From Candidatus Giovannonibacteria bacterium (GTDB lineage Bacteria > Patescibacteriota > Minisyncoccia > UBA11713 > 2-01-FULL-45-33): a stretch of 64,000 nt of DNA. Of this stretch, positions 49,367 through 59,736 are shown piece by piece. A program made the translations under genes and the position numbers. Numbering within the stretch: the first letter of the stretch is position 1; every line of letters begins with the position of its first letter. The stretch spans positions 283,040-347,039 of the forward strand of contig CP066687.1 of assembly GCA_016432405.1 (NCBI GenBank), in the 5' to 3' direction. Below the pieces are notes generated by a model. It was not told where the DNA came from, did not search any database, and saw only the letters and a list, made by a program, of their open reading frames with translations.

Positions 49367-49473
49367 CCATTTTTATTTTCCGCCGAATTTATAGTACTAT
49401 ACACTTTTGTACGATCGTGAGATTTTGTATAGTGTGTTTTTAAATAAGAAATGCGGGTGTATGATTTAAGAAA

Positions 49474-50058
49474 ATGGCAAAAAAATATATCATAGGCGTG
49501 GACGAAGTTGGCAGGGGGCCTTTGGCGGGGCCCTTAACGGTTGCTGCAATCTTAAAGTGGGGCAGGATTAATTTTCGCGGGATCAAGGACTCCAAAAAAT
49601 TAAGCGCCAAACAAAGAGAAAAATGGCTTTTCAAAATTAAAAATCAAAAATTAAAAACCGAAAGTTTTGAGATTGCGGTCGCATCCGTCGGCGCGCAGAT
49701 AATTGACAAAATCGGCATAACCGCCGCGGCGCGCGTGGCTGTCGGGCGATCTTTGCGAAAATTTAAAATTAAAAATTCAAATTTTAAAATCTTATTGGAC
49801 GGCAGTCTTTACGCGCCGCGGACATATTTAAATCAGGAAACAATTATAAGAGGTGACGAAAAAATACCGCTTATCGCGGCCGCTTCAATTATCGCCAAAA
49901 CGCACCGCGACAAAAAAATGACAAAGCTCCACGAGCAGTTTCCGCAATACCGTTTTGACCTTCATAAGGGCTACGGCACAAAACTCCACCGCTCGCTTGT
50001 AAAAAAACACGGCCTTTCTGATATTCATCGTAGAACCTTTTGTACAAAGTTTATATAA
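49474..50058 (+). CDS. rnhB: Ribonuclease HII
   Basis: GVDEVGRGPLAGP, DSKKL, AAASIIAK and HKGYGT. Confidence 0.96.
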   Translation: MAKKYIIGVDEVGRGPLAGPLTVAAILKWGRINFRGIKDSKKLSAKQREKWLFKIKNQKLKTESFEIAVASVGAQIIDKIGITAAARVAVGRSLRKFKIKNSNFKILLDGSLYAPRTYLNQETIIRGDEKIPLIAAASIIAKTHRDKKMTKLHEQFPQYRFDLHKGYGTKLHRSLVKKHGLSDIHRRTFCTKFI

Positions 50059-50118
50059 ACATCAAGTAACTACTCGCTAGTAAGTATCATACGCCATCGC
50101 GTGTTATACTGATTATAT

Positions 50119-50661
50119 ATGAGATATGGCAAATTAACCACTAAAATAATTTCTCTTCTTGCCGGAGGCTTGGTATTTAGTTTTGCTAGGGGACGAAGAC
50201 AGAAAAACGAGATTTTAAAGGAATGCGATAGAATTTGGCTTTCCATTGATAGAAATCAACTTTTTCATGCGTTAAACGTTTTGAAATTCGGCAAATTCTT
50301 AGAAATTAAAAACAAGGCCGATGGGACAAAATATGTCAACCTTACTTCCAAAGGAAAAAATAGGGCAGACAAGTTTTCATTGGAGGAACTCACTATTAAA
50401 AAACCGAACCGATGGGACAAGAAATGGAGGATTGTTATATTTGATGTTCCGGAAGATAGGAAAAGTTTGCGAGATGCATTGCGGAGGCGCCTAAAAATTT
50501 TAGGTTTTGCGGAATTTCAAAAAAGTGTATTTGCCTTTCCTTATCATTGCGAAGATGAAATAAATATTTTGATAAATTTTTTTGGTCTTCACGATCACGT
50601 CCGCTACCTAGAATCAACTTTGTCTTACGATTCAGATCTGCGCAAGCTTTTTGGTGTATAG
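50119..50661 (+). CDS. PaaX-like protein with a Cas2-like C-terminal domain
   Basis: LTSKG...WDKKWRIVIFDVPE.RK..RDALRRRLK.LGF..FQKSVF. Confidence 0.8.
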   Translation: MRYGKLTTKIISLLAGGLVFSFARGRRQKNEILKECDRIWLSIDRNQLFHALNVLKFGKFLEIKNKADGTKYVNLTSKGKNRADKFSLEELTIKKPNRWDKKWRIVIFDVPEDRKSLRDALRRRLKILGFAEFQKSVFAFPYHCEDEINILINFFGLHDHVRYLESTLSYDSDLRKLFGV

Positions 50662-50774
50662 TCATCAATTAGTATACTACGCTATCGCGTATGATATTGA
50701 ATGGTTAAAGTGAGTTAAACAGCTTGCCCTATTTTTTAGGGTTTGTTAGTATATCATTAGACAAGGAGGCATTT

Positions 50775-51188
50775 ATGGCAAAGCCAAAGAAAGAGAAGGT
50801 TTGGTTATTTAAAAAGCCGGTCGGAGATTCGGAAGTTATACAAAGGGGTAATTTGATGCGGAGGACGACCAGCGCCTTTACTTGCGGATTTTGCGGAACG
50901 CATCACAAAGAATTGAGCGAGACCGATGATGGACGCACCATTTTCCGGCTCCTAGGGCGCGATGGAGTTATGGAGTGTTGCGGCAAGCTTGTGGATATTA
51001 TCTACAGCGAGTGGAAAAACAACTTTGCCGAACATTTCCTTGGGGAGGAATTTTTTGCAAACCTCTTAGATAACAGGTTCTATATTCTCCGAGGCACATT
51101 ACTTCGAGCCATTGAGAAGTGGAAGCGTGAAGCTGATGAGGCAAGAAATAAAGCGGCCGAAGCGGAGGAGTTGGCAGTTGGTTTATAA
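50775..51188 (+). CDS. Hypothetical protein with putative Zn ligands
   Basis: CGFCGTHH and ECCG motifs; SD AAGGAGG; terminator at 51201-51230. Confidence 0.6.
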   Translation: MAKPKKEKVWLFKKPVGDSEVIQRGNLMRRTTSAFTCGFCGTHHKELSETDDGRTIFRLLGRDGVMECCGKLVDIIYSEWKNNFAEHFLGEEFFANLLDNRFYILRGTLLRAIEKWKREADEARNKAAEAEELAVGL

Positions 51189-51257
51189 CCAGATGATAGC
51201 AAGGGCGGGAAATCCTGCCCCTTTTCTTTTTATAAATTAGGCGCTAAAATAAGTTTT

Positions 51258-51497
51258 ATGACAGTCCGAATGAGACATACGCCCTCGCATACGAAAAACC
51301 GGCGCTCGCACCACGCGCTCGCGCCGGCTTTTTTGGCAAAGTGCCCAAAATGCGGCGCGAAGGCCCTGCCGCATACTGTTTGCGGAAATTGCGGGTTTTA
51401 CAAAGGCAAAGAGGCGGTGGACGTGCTTAAAAAACTTTCTAAAAAAGAGAGGAAAGAAAAAGAAAAAGAATTAGCTCAAAAGGAACATGCCGGGTAG
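51258..51497 (+). CDS. rpmF: 50S ribosomal protein L32
   Basis: RRSHHAL...CPKCG...PHTVCGNCGFYKG. Confidence 0.95.
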   Translation: MTVRMRHTPSHTKNRRSHHALAPAFLAKCPKCGAKALPHTVCGNCGFYKGKEAVDVLKKLSKKERKEKEKELAQKEHAG

Positions 51498-51628
51498 TGA
51501 AAAACTCGATTGTTTTTAATTTTAAAAATACAATTTATAACGATAAATAGTGTTATTTGAAAAAAAGTAGTTATTAAATTAGCAATGTTAAAAACGAATT
51601 ATTTTTAATCGAGTTTTCTACTACCCGG

Positions 51629-52525
51629 ATGGCCAATAGGCACCTTTCAAGATCCATAGCAATGCAGTCCCTTTTTGAGTGGGATTTCAACGAAGGCCAA
51701 AAAGACATTAAGGCCCTTTTGGAGCGCGATTTAAAAGAGTTCGGCCCGGGTTTGGACGACGGCGGATTCGCGAAAAAGCTCGCCGAGGGAGTAGTGAAAA
51801 AGCAAAAAGAAATAGACGGCATAATAGAAAAAGCGGCGCCCGATTGGCCGATATCCCAGATTGCTCCAGTGGACAGAAACGTGCTGCGCGTCGGAATTTA
51901 TGAGCTTCTCTTCGGCAACCACAAAGAGGTTCCGCCGAAGGTGGCCATAAACGAGGCGATTGAGCTTGCTAAAAGCTTCGGAGGCGATTCTTCCGGCAGA
52001 TTCGTCAACGGCGTTTTGGGTACGATTTACCGCGAGCTTGGCGAGCCCGGCAAAAACGATACGTCGCAAAAACAAAAATACGAGCTGGATTTGGAAAAAC
52101 TGCCTAAAGAGGACTTGGTCGGAGCGGTAGTGGTGCGGCGCGATAAAAATCAAATTTTTTTTGCTTTAGTTCATGACGTATTCGGCTACTGGACTTTTTC
52201 CAAGGGGCATTTAGAAAAAAACGAAGAGCTTGAAAAAGGCGCTATGCGCAAAGTGAAGGAAGAGATGGGTGTTAAAAATTTGGATATAATAAAAAAAATA
52301 GGAGAGAATGAATATATCGCTTCTGACCCCGAGACCGGCCCTACGAGGCGCCGAGTCAATTATTTTTTGGCGGAGACGAAAGAAAGAGAGCTTAAATTGG
52401 CAAGCTCCGGAGGATTGGACGACGCGCGATGGTTTACTTTGGAAGAAGTCAGGGGACTTAAGATGTATTCGGACATAAAACCGATTTTGGACGCCGCTCT
52501 TAAAGAATTAAATCTTAAATTATAA
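51629..52525 (+). CDS. nusB: NusB fused to a C-terminal NUDIX domain
   Basis: DRNVLR...VAINEAIELAK.FG...FVNGVL followed by WTFSKGHLE...RKVKEEMG. Confidence 0.9.
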   Translation: MANRHLSRSIAMQSLFEWDFNEGQKDIKALLERDLKEFGPGLDDGGFAKKLAEGVVKKQKEIDGIIEKAAPDWPISQIAPVDRNVLRVGIYELLFGNHKEVPPKVAINEAIELAKSFGGDSSGRFVNGVLGTIYRELGEPGKNDTSQKQKYELDLEKLPKEDLVGAVVVRRDKNQIFFALVHDVFGYWTFSKGHLEKNEELEKGAMRKVKEEMGVKNLDIIKKIGENEYIASDPETGPTRRRVNYFLAETKERELKLASSGGLDDARWFTLEEVRGLKMYSDIKPILDAALKELNLKL

Positions 52526-52527
52526 AG

Positions 52528-53241
52528 ATGAAAGACCTGAAAGCATTTGAAAAAATTTTGGGAGTAGAATTTAAAAACCGGGAGATTTTGACGCAAGCTT
52601 TGACCCATCGGTCTTATCTGAATGAGAATCCGGAAATTTCCGGCGGGCCCGCCTCATCGGCTGACAAGCACAACGAACGTCTGGAGTTTTTGGGAGACGC
52701 CGTTTTGGAGCTTGCGGTGACTGAGCATATTTACGGAAAGTTTCCGGAAAAGCCCGAGGGCGAACTTACCTCACTCCGCGCGTCTTTGGTCAACGCCAAT
52801 ATGCTGGGCGACATCGCCCGGGATTTGGATTTCAATAATTTTCTCCTCCTCTCCCGGGGAGAAGCGAAAGACGTGGGGCGGGCACGCCAGTATATTCTGG
52901 CGAACGCTTTTGAGGCCGTAGTCGGCGCGATTTACATGGACCGGGGGTACGGCGCGGTGCGGGATTTTATTATTAAAGTTCTCGCGCCGAAAATTTCTGA
53001 AATTTTAGAAAAAAAACTTTACAGGGACGCCAAGAGCTTTTTCCAGGAGCAGGCGCAGGAAAGGGTTGACGTTACTCCGACCTACGGCGTTATCAAAGAG
53101 TGGGGCCCTGACCACGACAAGCATTTTATCGTCGGAGTTTATTTGGGAAAAGAATTGGTCGCGGAGGGCGAGGGGCCATCCAAACAGGAAGCCCAGCAGC
53201 AGGCCGCTGAGGCGGCGCTTAAAATAAAAAATTGGGAATAG
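52528..53241 (+). CDS. rnc: Ribonuclease III
   Basis: ALTHRSY, NERLEFLGDAVL and a dsRBD. Confidence 0.96.
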   Translation: MKDLKAFEKILGVEFKNREILTQALTHRSYLNENPEISGGPASSADKHNERLEFLGDAVLELAVTEHIYGKFPEKPEGELTSLRASLVNANMLGDIARDLDFNNFLLLSRGEAKDVGRARQYILANAFEAVVGAIYMDRGYGAVRDFIIKVLAPKISEILEKKLYRDAKSFFQEQAQERVDVTPTYGVIKEWGPDHDKHFIVGVYLGKELVAEGEGPSKQEAQQQAAEAALKIKNWE

Positions 53242-53243
53242 AT

Positions 53244-55391
53244 ATGCTTTTAAAACGCCTTGAGATATCCGGCTTTAAGTCATTTGCCAAACCGATAACG
53301 CTGGAATTCCCGACGAAAATCACGGCAATCGTCGGGCCGAACGGCTCCGGTAAATCAAACATAGCGGACGCCATCCGCTGGGTTTTGGGCGAGCAGTCAA
53401 TGAAGCACCTCCGGGGCAAAAAAGGAGAGGATTTGATTTTCGGCGGCACTGCGCAGATAGCCCGTCTGGCCAAAGCGTCGGTGTCTCTGGTTTTTAATAA
53501 CAAGGATAAAATTTTTCCTGTGGAATTCGGCGAGTTGGTTGTATCCCGCCGCGTTTACCGCGACGGCGCCAATGATTATGTTTTAAACGACTCGCAGGCG
53601 CGCCTCAAAGACATAATTGAGCTTTTATCCAAGGTCGGGCTGGGCGCGTCGCAGCACCATATTATTGCGCAAGGGGATTCAGACCGCATTCTTTACGCCT
53701 CGCCTAAAGAAAAAAAATCAATGGTGGAAGAATCCTTGGGCCTTAAAATTTTTGAGCTCAAAAAAAACGAGGCATTAAGAAAGCTGGAGGCTGCCGAAAA
53801 CAATATTAAACAGGTTGAGTCCTTAAAGCGCGAAATCCAGCCGCACCTGAAATATCTGGAGTCACAAGCGGAAAAAATGAAAAATGCTGCCCAAATCCGC
53901 AAAGATTTAAGTTCGCTGACGGAGGAATATGTGGGGAGGGAGCTTAAAACTTTGTTCTATGAATCCACTGAAGCCAAAAAAGAAAAAAACCCTCTGGAGG
54001 CGCGCGTCAAAGATTTGGAGAAAGAGATTCGGGAAAGCGAAGAAGCTCTGGGCAGGGAGGGCGAGGCGGAGAAGTTTTTCTCGGAAATAAAAAAACTGGA
54101 CGAGGCACAGGACGCCATTTCTAAAAAAAGGAGGGGATTGGAAAGAGAAGCAGGAAGGGCGGAAGCCGCTTCCGCCCAGCTCTCCCCGGCCGAAGGAGTG
54201 CCAAAAGATAAAATAAAATCCGTTTTGATGGACTTGGCCTCCGATTTGGAAACCGCCTCGCGCTTTGGAATAATGGAGGCGGTGAGGAACGCAATTTTCG
54301 CAGTTACGCAGAAAATTTATAGGTTTTTAGAATCCGTAAACGGAGAGCCGCGCCAGAAAGAATCCCTCTTGCCGGAAGGCGTAAAGTTAAAAGAAGAAAT
54401 CGCGAATTTGGAGAAAGAAGAGAAAGAAATTTCCGGCAGAAGGCGCGATCTCCAGAAAAATTACGAAAGCAGAGCGCTTAAAATCCAAAAGGAGGGGGCG
54501 CTTTTGAGAACAAAGATGGAGGAATTGGCCGGAGCAAAAGATTCTTTGAGAGCGATTTTGGGACGCGAGGAGCGAATGAGCATCTTAAAAAAAGAATTTG
54601 AATTGGAATTCGGGCAGTTTTTAAAAACCGCAAATCCTGCGGGCGAACTCTTGGGAGATGCCCAACGCGCAGATTTTAGAAAGAAAATTGAGCGGCTTCG
54701 CATACGGCTGGAGGAGGCCGGCGGGGTTGATGAATCCGCGCTTAGCGAATTTGAAGAGACAAAAAAACGCGATGAATTTTTGGCCAAGGAACTTGAAGAT
54801 TTAAAAACAACCGCAGCGTCACTAAAAAATATTTTTGATGAGCTTGAAGAAAGAATAGCCAAGGACTTTGACGCAGGACTTTTCAAAATCAACAAGCTTT
54901 TCGGGGATTTTTTCAGGGAAATTTTCGGCGGGGGCAAAGCGGAGATAAGAATGGAGCGTCCCGAAAAGAAAAGAAAACCTTCAGAGGAAAACCCTGAAGA
55001 GAACTGGCAAGAAGAGATAGAGGAGGAACCGGGGCTGGAGATTACGGTAGATATACCCAGAAAGAGAATTAAATCGCTCGCGATGCTTTCGGGCGGCGAG
55101 CGGGCGCTTACATCAATCGCTCTGCTTTTTGCGATGTCCACGGCGAACCCGCCGCCATTTTTAGTTTTGGACGAAACAGACGCGGCTTTGGACGAAGCAA
55201 ACTCGGCGAGATATGCCGCCATGCTCAAAGACCTCGGCAAAAAAACCCAGCTTGTTGTCGTCACCCACAATCGAGAAACAATGAAAGTCGCCGATGTCCT
55301 TTACGGCGTCACAATGGGCGCTGATGGCATCAGCAAACTTCTCTCCATCAAATTTGAAGAGGCCGAAAACGTTTTGGCGAAGAAAAAATAA
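53244..55391 (+). CDS. smc: Short SMC-family ATPase
   Basis: GFKSF, GPNGSGKSN, LSGGE and LDETDAALD. Confidence 0.9.
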   Translation: MLLKRLEISGFKSFAKPITLEFPTKITAIVGPNGSGKSNIADAIRWVLGEQSMKHLRGKKGEDLIFGGTAQIARLAKASVSLVFNNKDKIFPVEFGELVVSRRVYRDGANDYVLNDSQARLKDIIELLSKVGLGASQHHIIAQGDSDRILYASPKEKKSMVEESLGLKIFELKKNEALRKLEAAENNIKQVESLKREIQPHLKYLESQAEKMKNAAQIRKDLSSLTEEYVGRELKTLFYESTEAKKEKNPLEARVKDLEKEIRESEEALGREGEAEKFFSEIKKLDEAQDAISKKRRGLEREAGRAEAASAQLSPAEGVPKDKIKSVLMDLASDLETASRFGIMEAVRNAIFAVTQKIYRFLESVNGEPRQKESLLPEGVKLKEEIANLEKEEKEISGRRRDLQKNYESRALKIQKEGALLRTKMEELAGAKDSLRAILGREERMSILKKEFELEFGQFLKTANPAGELLGDAQRADFRKKIERLRIRLEEAGGVDESALSEFEETKKRDEFLAKELEDLKTTAASLKNIFDELEERIAKDFDAGLFKINKLFGDFFREIFGGGKAEIRMERPEKKRKPSEENPEENWQEEIEEEPGLEITVDIPRKRIKSLAMLSGGERALTSIALLFAMSTANPPPFLVLDETDAALDEANSARYAAMLKDLGKKTQLVVVTHNRETMKVADVLYGVTMGADGISKLLSIKFEEAENVLAKKK

Positions 55392-55473
55392 TTATCATCG
55401 CAATCTTTTATATATTCCTATATACTCCACAATTCGCGCGAATCGTAGAATGAATAAAAATAAAAGAGCCGCT

Positions 55474-55785
55474 TCAGGAGCGTTTTATTACATAAATAAA
55501 ATTACTCAAAGCGGCTTCTAATTTTATCGCTGACATCAAGAGTACTAAAGTAACGGCTATAAGAGAAGACAGAAAGCTAATCAGTACACAATAATAAGCT
55601 CCTAGTGTTATAGGCCATAAATTGTGCATCCAGAGCGTTTGGCTCCAGCCCAATGCTTTTCCGTTACGTTGTATGATAGGATTTTTTTCAGATGACCAGT
55701 CCCATTTATCTTTTCTGGCGCAGCATAATGAACTTAGAGTATCCAATAAACACGAAAAAAGAAGAATTAAAAGAGCAATCTTCAT
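55474..55785 (-). CDS. Low-GC hypothetical membrane protein
   Basis: Hydrophobic ORF containing EKNPI (DUF5658-like pattern); GGGG SD-like signal. Confidence 0.55.
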   Translation of the reverse strand: MKIALLILLFSCLLDTLSSLCCARKDKWDWSSEKNPIIQRNGKALGWSQTLWMHNLWPITLGAYYCVLISFLSSLIAVTLVLLMSAIKLEAALSNFIYVIKRS

Positions 55786-55809
55786 TCTACTTTACCCCCT
55801 TAATTTATC

Positions 55810-56745
55810 CTACCTCGCTTTTTCTGGTTTGTAAAGGTCTTTATCTATTTTTCTGTCAAAGCAGGTTTGGTCAGCTCCGTGCGCCCAGTTTTCGTTGCCG
55901 TAGTAAATATTTTCAGGATAAATAGGCACGGCGCGTTTGGGCGTATTTGCGGACTGGTCTAAGCTCGACAGATTAAATGTCGCGCAGAGTTTGAAGTTTT
56001 CCGCTCGGGCGGTTTCATAAATATATTCTGCGCCGCTTTCCGGGTCTTTGGGGATGGCGACTCCGCGAATCGGGTCATTAAGCTCGTTCAAATTTTTTGG
56101 CAAAGCTGCCTTTTTTACCCAATAATTTATTATTTCTGATTGAATTAACTGGAGATGCTGAACTCTTTGGTCGTCAAATTTCCGGGCGCGCTCTTCTTTT
56201 GGGGAACCCACAAGAAAAAAACCGGCGGCAATCGCCGCAAGGATTATCAAAGACGCGCCGTAGCAAAAAACTTTGTGCGGCGCCTTGTTTTTAATGTCTA
56301 AAATATAATATCCGAAAACAGCGCCGGCTACCGCCAATACTGCAAAAATTTTCAGCAAAAATCTCGTCGTCATCTCGCCCTGGAGGAGATTATAAATCAA
56401 TGTCACCAGGTCTCCGATGATTATTATCCCTGCCAGAAAAAGCGTGAAATAAAGCAGCCATTTTCTTATTTTCATCTCTCGCTTTTCGGGAGTGGCGGCA
56501 TACCCTTTGTTCAAAAACCACGTTGCCCAGATATAAACCGGGAAAACCACGATCAGGCTCGCTATCGCCCAGCGGACGGACGAGCGCGCGGCAAGGAGCG
56601 TGTAATAATTTTCCGAAAGCGCGTCCGGCAGCCAGATGTTGATGTAACTGAAAATCAAATTTATAAACATCCCCGCGCTGACATAAAGCGCGATGATATT
56701 TAAAAGCTGAAGAAATACATCCTTGGGTCCTGTTTTTTCATTCAT
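55810..56745 (-). CDS. Multi-TM protein (DUF5671-like)
   Basis: PKDVFLQL, IASLIVVFPVY, GDLVTLIY..LQGE, PKDPESG and LCATF. Confidence 0.75.
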   Translation of the reverse strand: MNEKTGPKDVFLQLLNIIALYVSAGMFINLIFSYINIWLPDALSENYYTLLAARSSVRWAIASLIVVFPVYIWATWFLNKGYAATPEKREMKIRKWLLYFTLFLAGIIIIGDLVTLIYNLLQGEMTTRFLLKIFAVLAVAGAVFGYYILDIKNKAPHKVFCYGASLIILAAIAAGFFLVGSPKEERARKFDDQRVQHLQLIQSEIINYWVKKAALPKNLNELNDPIRGVAIPKDPESGAEYIYETARAENFKLCATFNLSSLDQSANTPKRAVPIYPENIYYGNENWAHGADQTCFDRKIDKDLYKPEKAR

Positions 56746-56873
56746 AAGCTAAATATAACATTTTTTCCGGCGATTCCCAATCCACAGCTTGCGCGTTGCA
56801 ATGAGCCGGATATTCTTGCTATAAAAAAGCAGGAGCGTTCCGTTGATAAAAATCCATTGCTAAAAAGGAGGCA

Positions 56874-57509
56874 TTGCAGATGGTGACATCCAGAAAGGGC
56901 TCGCAGCTTTGGCTTTCGGGGTTCACGGACGTGGTTCAAAAACCGGAGGAGCTGGCAACCAACCTCGCTATTCTGAAAGAGTGGCGGAGGAACGCCTGCT
57001 TTAAGATTGAACTTTCGGAAGAGCGTTTCAGGGCATGGATTAGATATGCCCATGCCAAAAACGGCAACGGTCATCTGACTTTTTGGCCGAATAACGGCCA
57101 ATGGCTTTTTGAATGGATTGCTGCGGCATTGCCCCAAAAAGATGCCGCCGCGCCGTTTTTCTTGCGTTGCCGGTGCGGATTGCTGCCGGTTTTTTCCAAG
57201 AAATGCGCTTGCGGGAAGCTTAGCTGGTGCCAGCATCACCGGGATTCGGACGCGATGTATGATCATCTTGACCATGAATGTTCGCTTTGGTGCTGCGAAC
57301 ACTTGCATGCCTACCGTAGCAGAGAGGAAAGAATCTGGACAGCGGCGGAAATCTCGGGATTGGTTGAGAAGTTGAAAATTGCGCTTGCTGAACCGCAAGC
57401 GATAAACGGCGCGGTTATTCTCCAGGTGGAATGCCGCCAACATAGCGGCAATCTGGAATTGGTATCCGCGCTCAAGTGGTTCAAAAAAAACGCAAGAGTG
57501 GCAGACTAA
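56874..57509 (+). CDS. Cys/His-rich hypothetical protein
   Basis: SD AAGGAGG; CRCG, CACG, WCQHH and CCEH motifs; terminator at 57517-57545. Confidence 0.6.
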   Translation: MQMVTSRKGSQLWLSGFTDVVQKPEELATNLAILKEWRRNACFKIELSEERFRAWIRYAHAKNGNGHLTFWPNNGQWLFEWIAAALPQKDAAAPFFLRCRCGLLPVFSKKCACGKLSWCQHHRDSDAMYDHLDHECSLWCCEHLHAYRSREERIWTAAEISGLVEKLKIALAEPQAINGAVILQVECRQHSGNLELVSALKWFKKNARVAD

Positions 57510-57550
57510 TTCTTGTAGGGGCGTGTTTCATCACCGCCCCTTTTTATTTA

Positions 57551-59728
57551 TTATTCCTTAAGCCGAGGTTCAACGCGCTTCAGAAGCACGGCGTTGGTAG
57601 CCACTATTATTGACGAGGCCGACATAAGAAGCGCGGAAATTTCCGGGCGCAAGGACCAGCCGAGGGAGCTGTAAAATACTCCGGCCGCAATCGGGACAGC
57701 AAGCACGTTATAAATCGCCGCCCAAAACAGGTTTTGCTTCATTTTAACCACCGTTGCTTTCGATAAGCGAATCGCGGCCACAATATCGTAAGGATCGGAT
57801 TTCATCAGCACAATGTTGCCGGTCTCTATGGCGACATCGGTCCCCGCTCCAATCGCGATGCCGATATTTGCTTGCGCCAAGGCCGGCGCGTCATTGATGC
57901 CGTCGCCGACCATAGCGACGAATTTTCTTTCATTCTGCAATTTTTTTACATACTTTGCTTTATCGCCAGGGAGGACTTCGGCGAATACTCTGTCAATGCC
58001 AAGTTCTTTCCCGATGCCCTCGGCAACTTTTATGTGGTCGCCGGTAATCATCACAACTTCCAATCCCATGCTCTTCAGCGCCGAGATTGTTTTTTTGGAA
58101 TTTGCTCTGGGAGGGTCAGCGGCGCCGACGACGCCGGCAAAAACTCCGTCAACGGCGAGCAAACTCAATGTTTTACCTTCTCCGGCAAGCCGGTCAAGCG
58201 CGCCGCGCCCGGGCGCGGTTGATACTCCGTTATCTTTCAGCAGTTTTTCCGTTCCGGCTAAAATTATTTTGCCCGCTTCGCCAGAGCCCAAGCGAGGCGA
58301 GCTGCCAATCCGCGCTTTAAGTCCGTGGCCGGCAAGCGACTCAAAATTTTCCATCGCATTTAGCGGCAAAGCGCCGCGCCTCTCGGCTTCTTCCAAAATG
58401 GCTTTCGCAAGCGGATGATTTGACCCTGCCTCAATGCTGGCTTCGTAACGCAAAATGTCGTGCGCGCTAAAATTATTAAAAGCAATGACATCAATAACCT
58501 TCGGTTTTCCCTCGGTAAGAGTTCCTGTTTTGTCAAGAATAATGGCGTTGATTCTTGAAGCGTTCTCCAAAGTAGCCGCGTCTTTGATGAGAATATTGTG
58601 TTTGGCGCCGATGCCCGTGCCCACTGCAACCGCGGTTGGTGTGGCCAGCCCCAAGGCGTCAGGACAGGCGATCACGACAGCGGATATCGCGAATGTCAGC
58701 GCGGTTAAAAGCGCCGCGCCTGCCGCAAAATACCAGCCCAAAAACGCTGCGACTCCGGAGCCGATGGCGACCAGCACAAGCCAGCCCGCGGCTTCGTCGG
58801 CAATCCGCTGGCCGGGCGCCTTGGAATTTTGGGCGGTTTCCACCAGTTTGATGATTTGCGCCAGAACCGTTTCCGACCCCACCTCAGTGGCTTTGAATAC
58901 AACCCTGCCGGTTTGGTTTACGGAGCCGCCTATCGCCTTATCGCCGATTTTTTTTGCGACCGGGATTGATTCGCCGGTAACAAGCGATTCGTCAATTGAG
59001 GACTCTCCTTCAATAATAAGGCCGTCCACCGGTATTTTATCTCCGGGTCTAAGCACCACGATGTCGCCTTTTACAACTTCTGCGCTCGGAATGCTAATCT
59101 CTTTGCCGCCGCGAATTACTTTTGCCCGCGGCGGCACGAGATTAAAAAGCGCGCGAAGCGCGTCGGATGTGCCCCGGCGGGAGCGCATTTCCATCCAATG
59201 CCCGAACAGGACGAAGGTAACCAATAGGGCGGCCGCTTCGTAAAAAGTTTCGCCGCCTATGGTGAAAGTCAAAAGAACGCTGAATAGATAGGCCGCGAGC
59301 ACGCCGGTCGCGATTAGAACCGACATATTTAATTTGCGGGCCTTGAGCGAGTAATAAGTTCCGGTGATAAAGATTGAACCGGTCCAAAAGACGATCGGAG
59401 TCGTCAGAATAAAAAGCAGCCAATTTGCTGGAAGGGGTGTTGGCAGAGTTAGTTTAAAATAATTCAGTCCCAGAGGAGAGTAGAGGACGATGGGGACGGA
59501 GAGAAAAAATGAAATCCAAAACCTGCGCCGCATGTCGGTTTCCATTTGTTTCGCCATCTGCGGATTGGTCATAGCTGCCTCGTGGTCTTTGTGGCTTAAT
59601 TCCGAGACATCGTAACCGTCTTTCCTTTTTTCTTTGGGAATTAGCGCCATGCCGCAGCCCGGACAATTTCCTGGTTCGTTTTTAATTACCTCCGGATGCA
59701 TCGGGCAGGCGTAAATAGTTTGTTTCAT
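57551..59728 (-). CDS. copA: Copper-type P1B ATPase with an N-terminal heavy-metal-binding domain
   Basis: YACPMHPE..CPGCGM, TGES, CPDALGLA, DKTGT, GDGINDAPAL, YN and MSASS. Confidence 0.92.
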   Translation of the reverse strand: MKQTIYACPMHPEVIKNEPGNCPGCGMALIPKEKRKDGYDVSELSHKDHEAAMTNPQMAKQMETDMRRRFWISFFLSVPIVLYSPLGLNYFKLTLPTPLPANWLLFILTTPIVFWTGSIFITGTYYSLKARKLNMSVLIATGVLAAYLFSVLLTFTIGGETFYEAAALLVTFVLFGHWMEMRSRRGTSDALRALFNLVPPRAKVIRGGKEISIPSAEVVKGDIVVLRPGDKIPVDGLIIEGESSIDESLVTGESIPVAKKIGDKAIGGSVNQTGRVVFKATEVGSETVLAQIIKLVETAQNSKAPGQRIADEAAGWLVLVAIGSGVAAFLGWYFAAGAALLTALTFAISAVVIACPDALGLATPTAVAVGTGIGAKHNILIKDAATLENASRINAIILDKTGTLTEGKPKVIDVIAFNNFSAHDILRYEASIEAGSNHPLAKAILEEAERRGALPLNAMENFESLAGHGLKARIGSSPRLGSGEAGKIILAGTEKLLKDNGVSTAPGRGALDRLAGEGKTLSLLAVDGVFAGVVGAADPPRANSKKTISALKSMGLEVVMITGDHIKVAEGIGKELGIDRVFAEVLPGDKAKYVKKLQNERKFVAMVGDGINDAPALAQANIGIAIGAGTDVAIETGNIVLMKSDPYDIVAAIRLSKATVVKMKQNLFWAAIYNVLAVPIAAGVFYSSLGWSLRPEISALLMSASSIIVATNAVLLKRVEPRLKE

Positions 59729-59736
59729 TAATTTAA

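Noticed and set aside
54461-59243. Long antisense ORFs (54461-55270, 56742-57443, 58455-59243)
   Set aside because: They are shadows of genes on the opposite strand, with no motifs or start signals.
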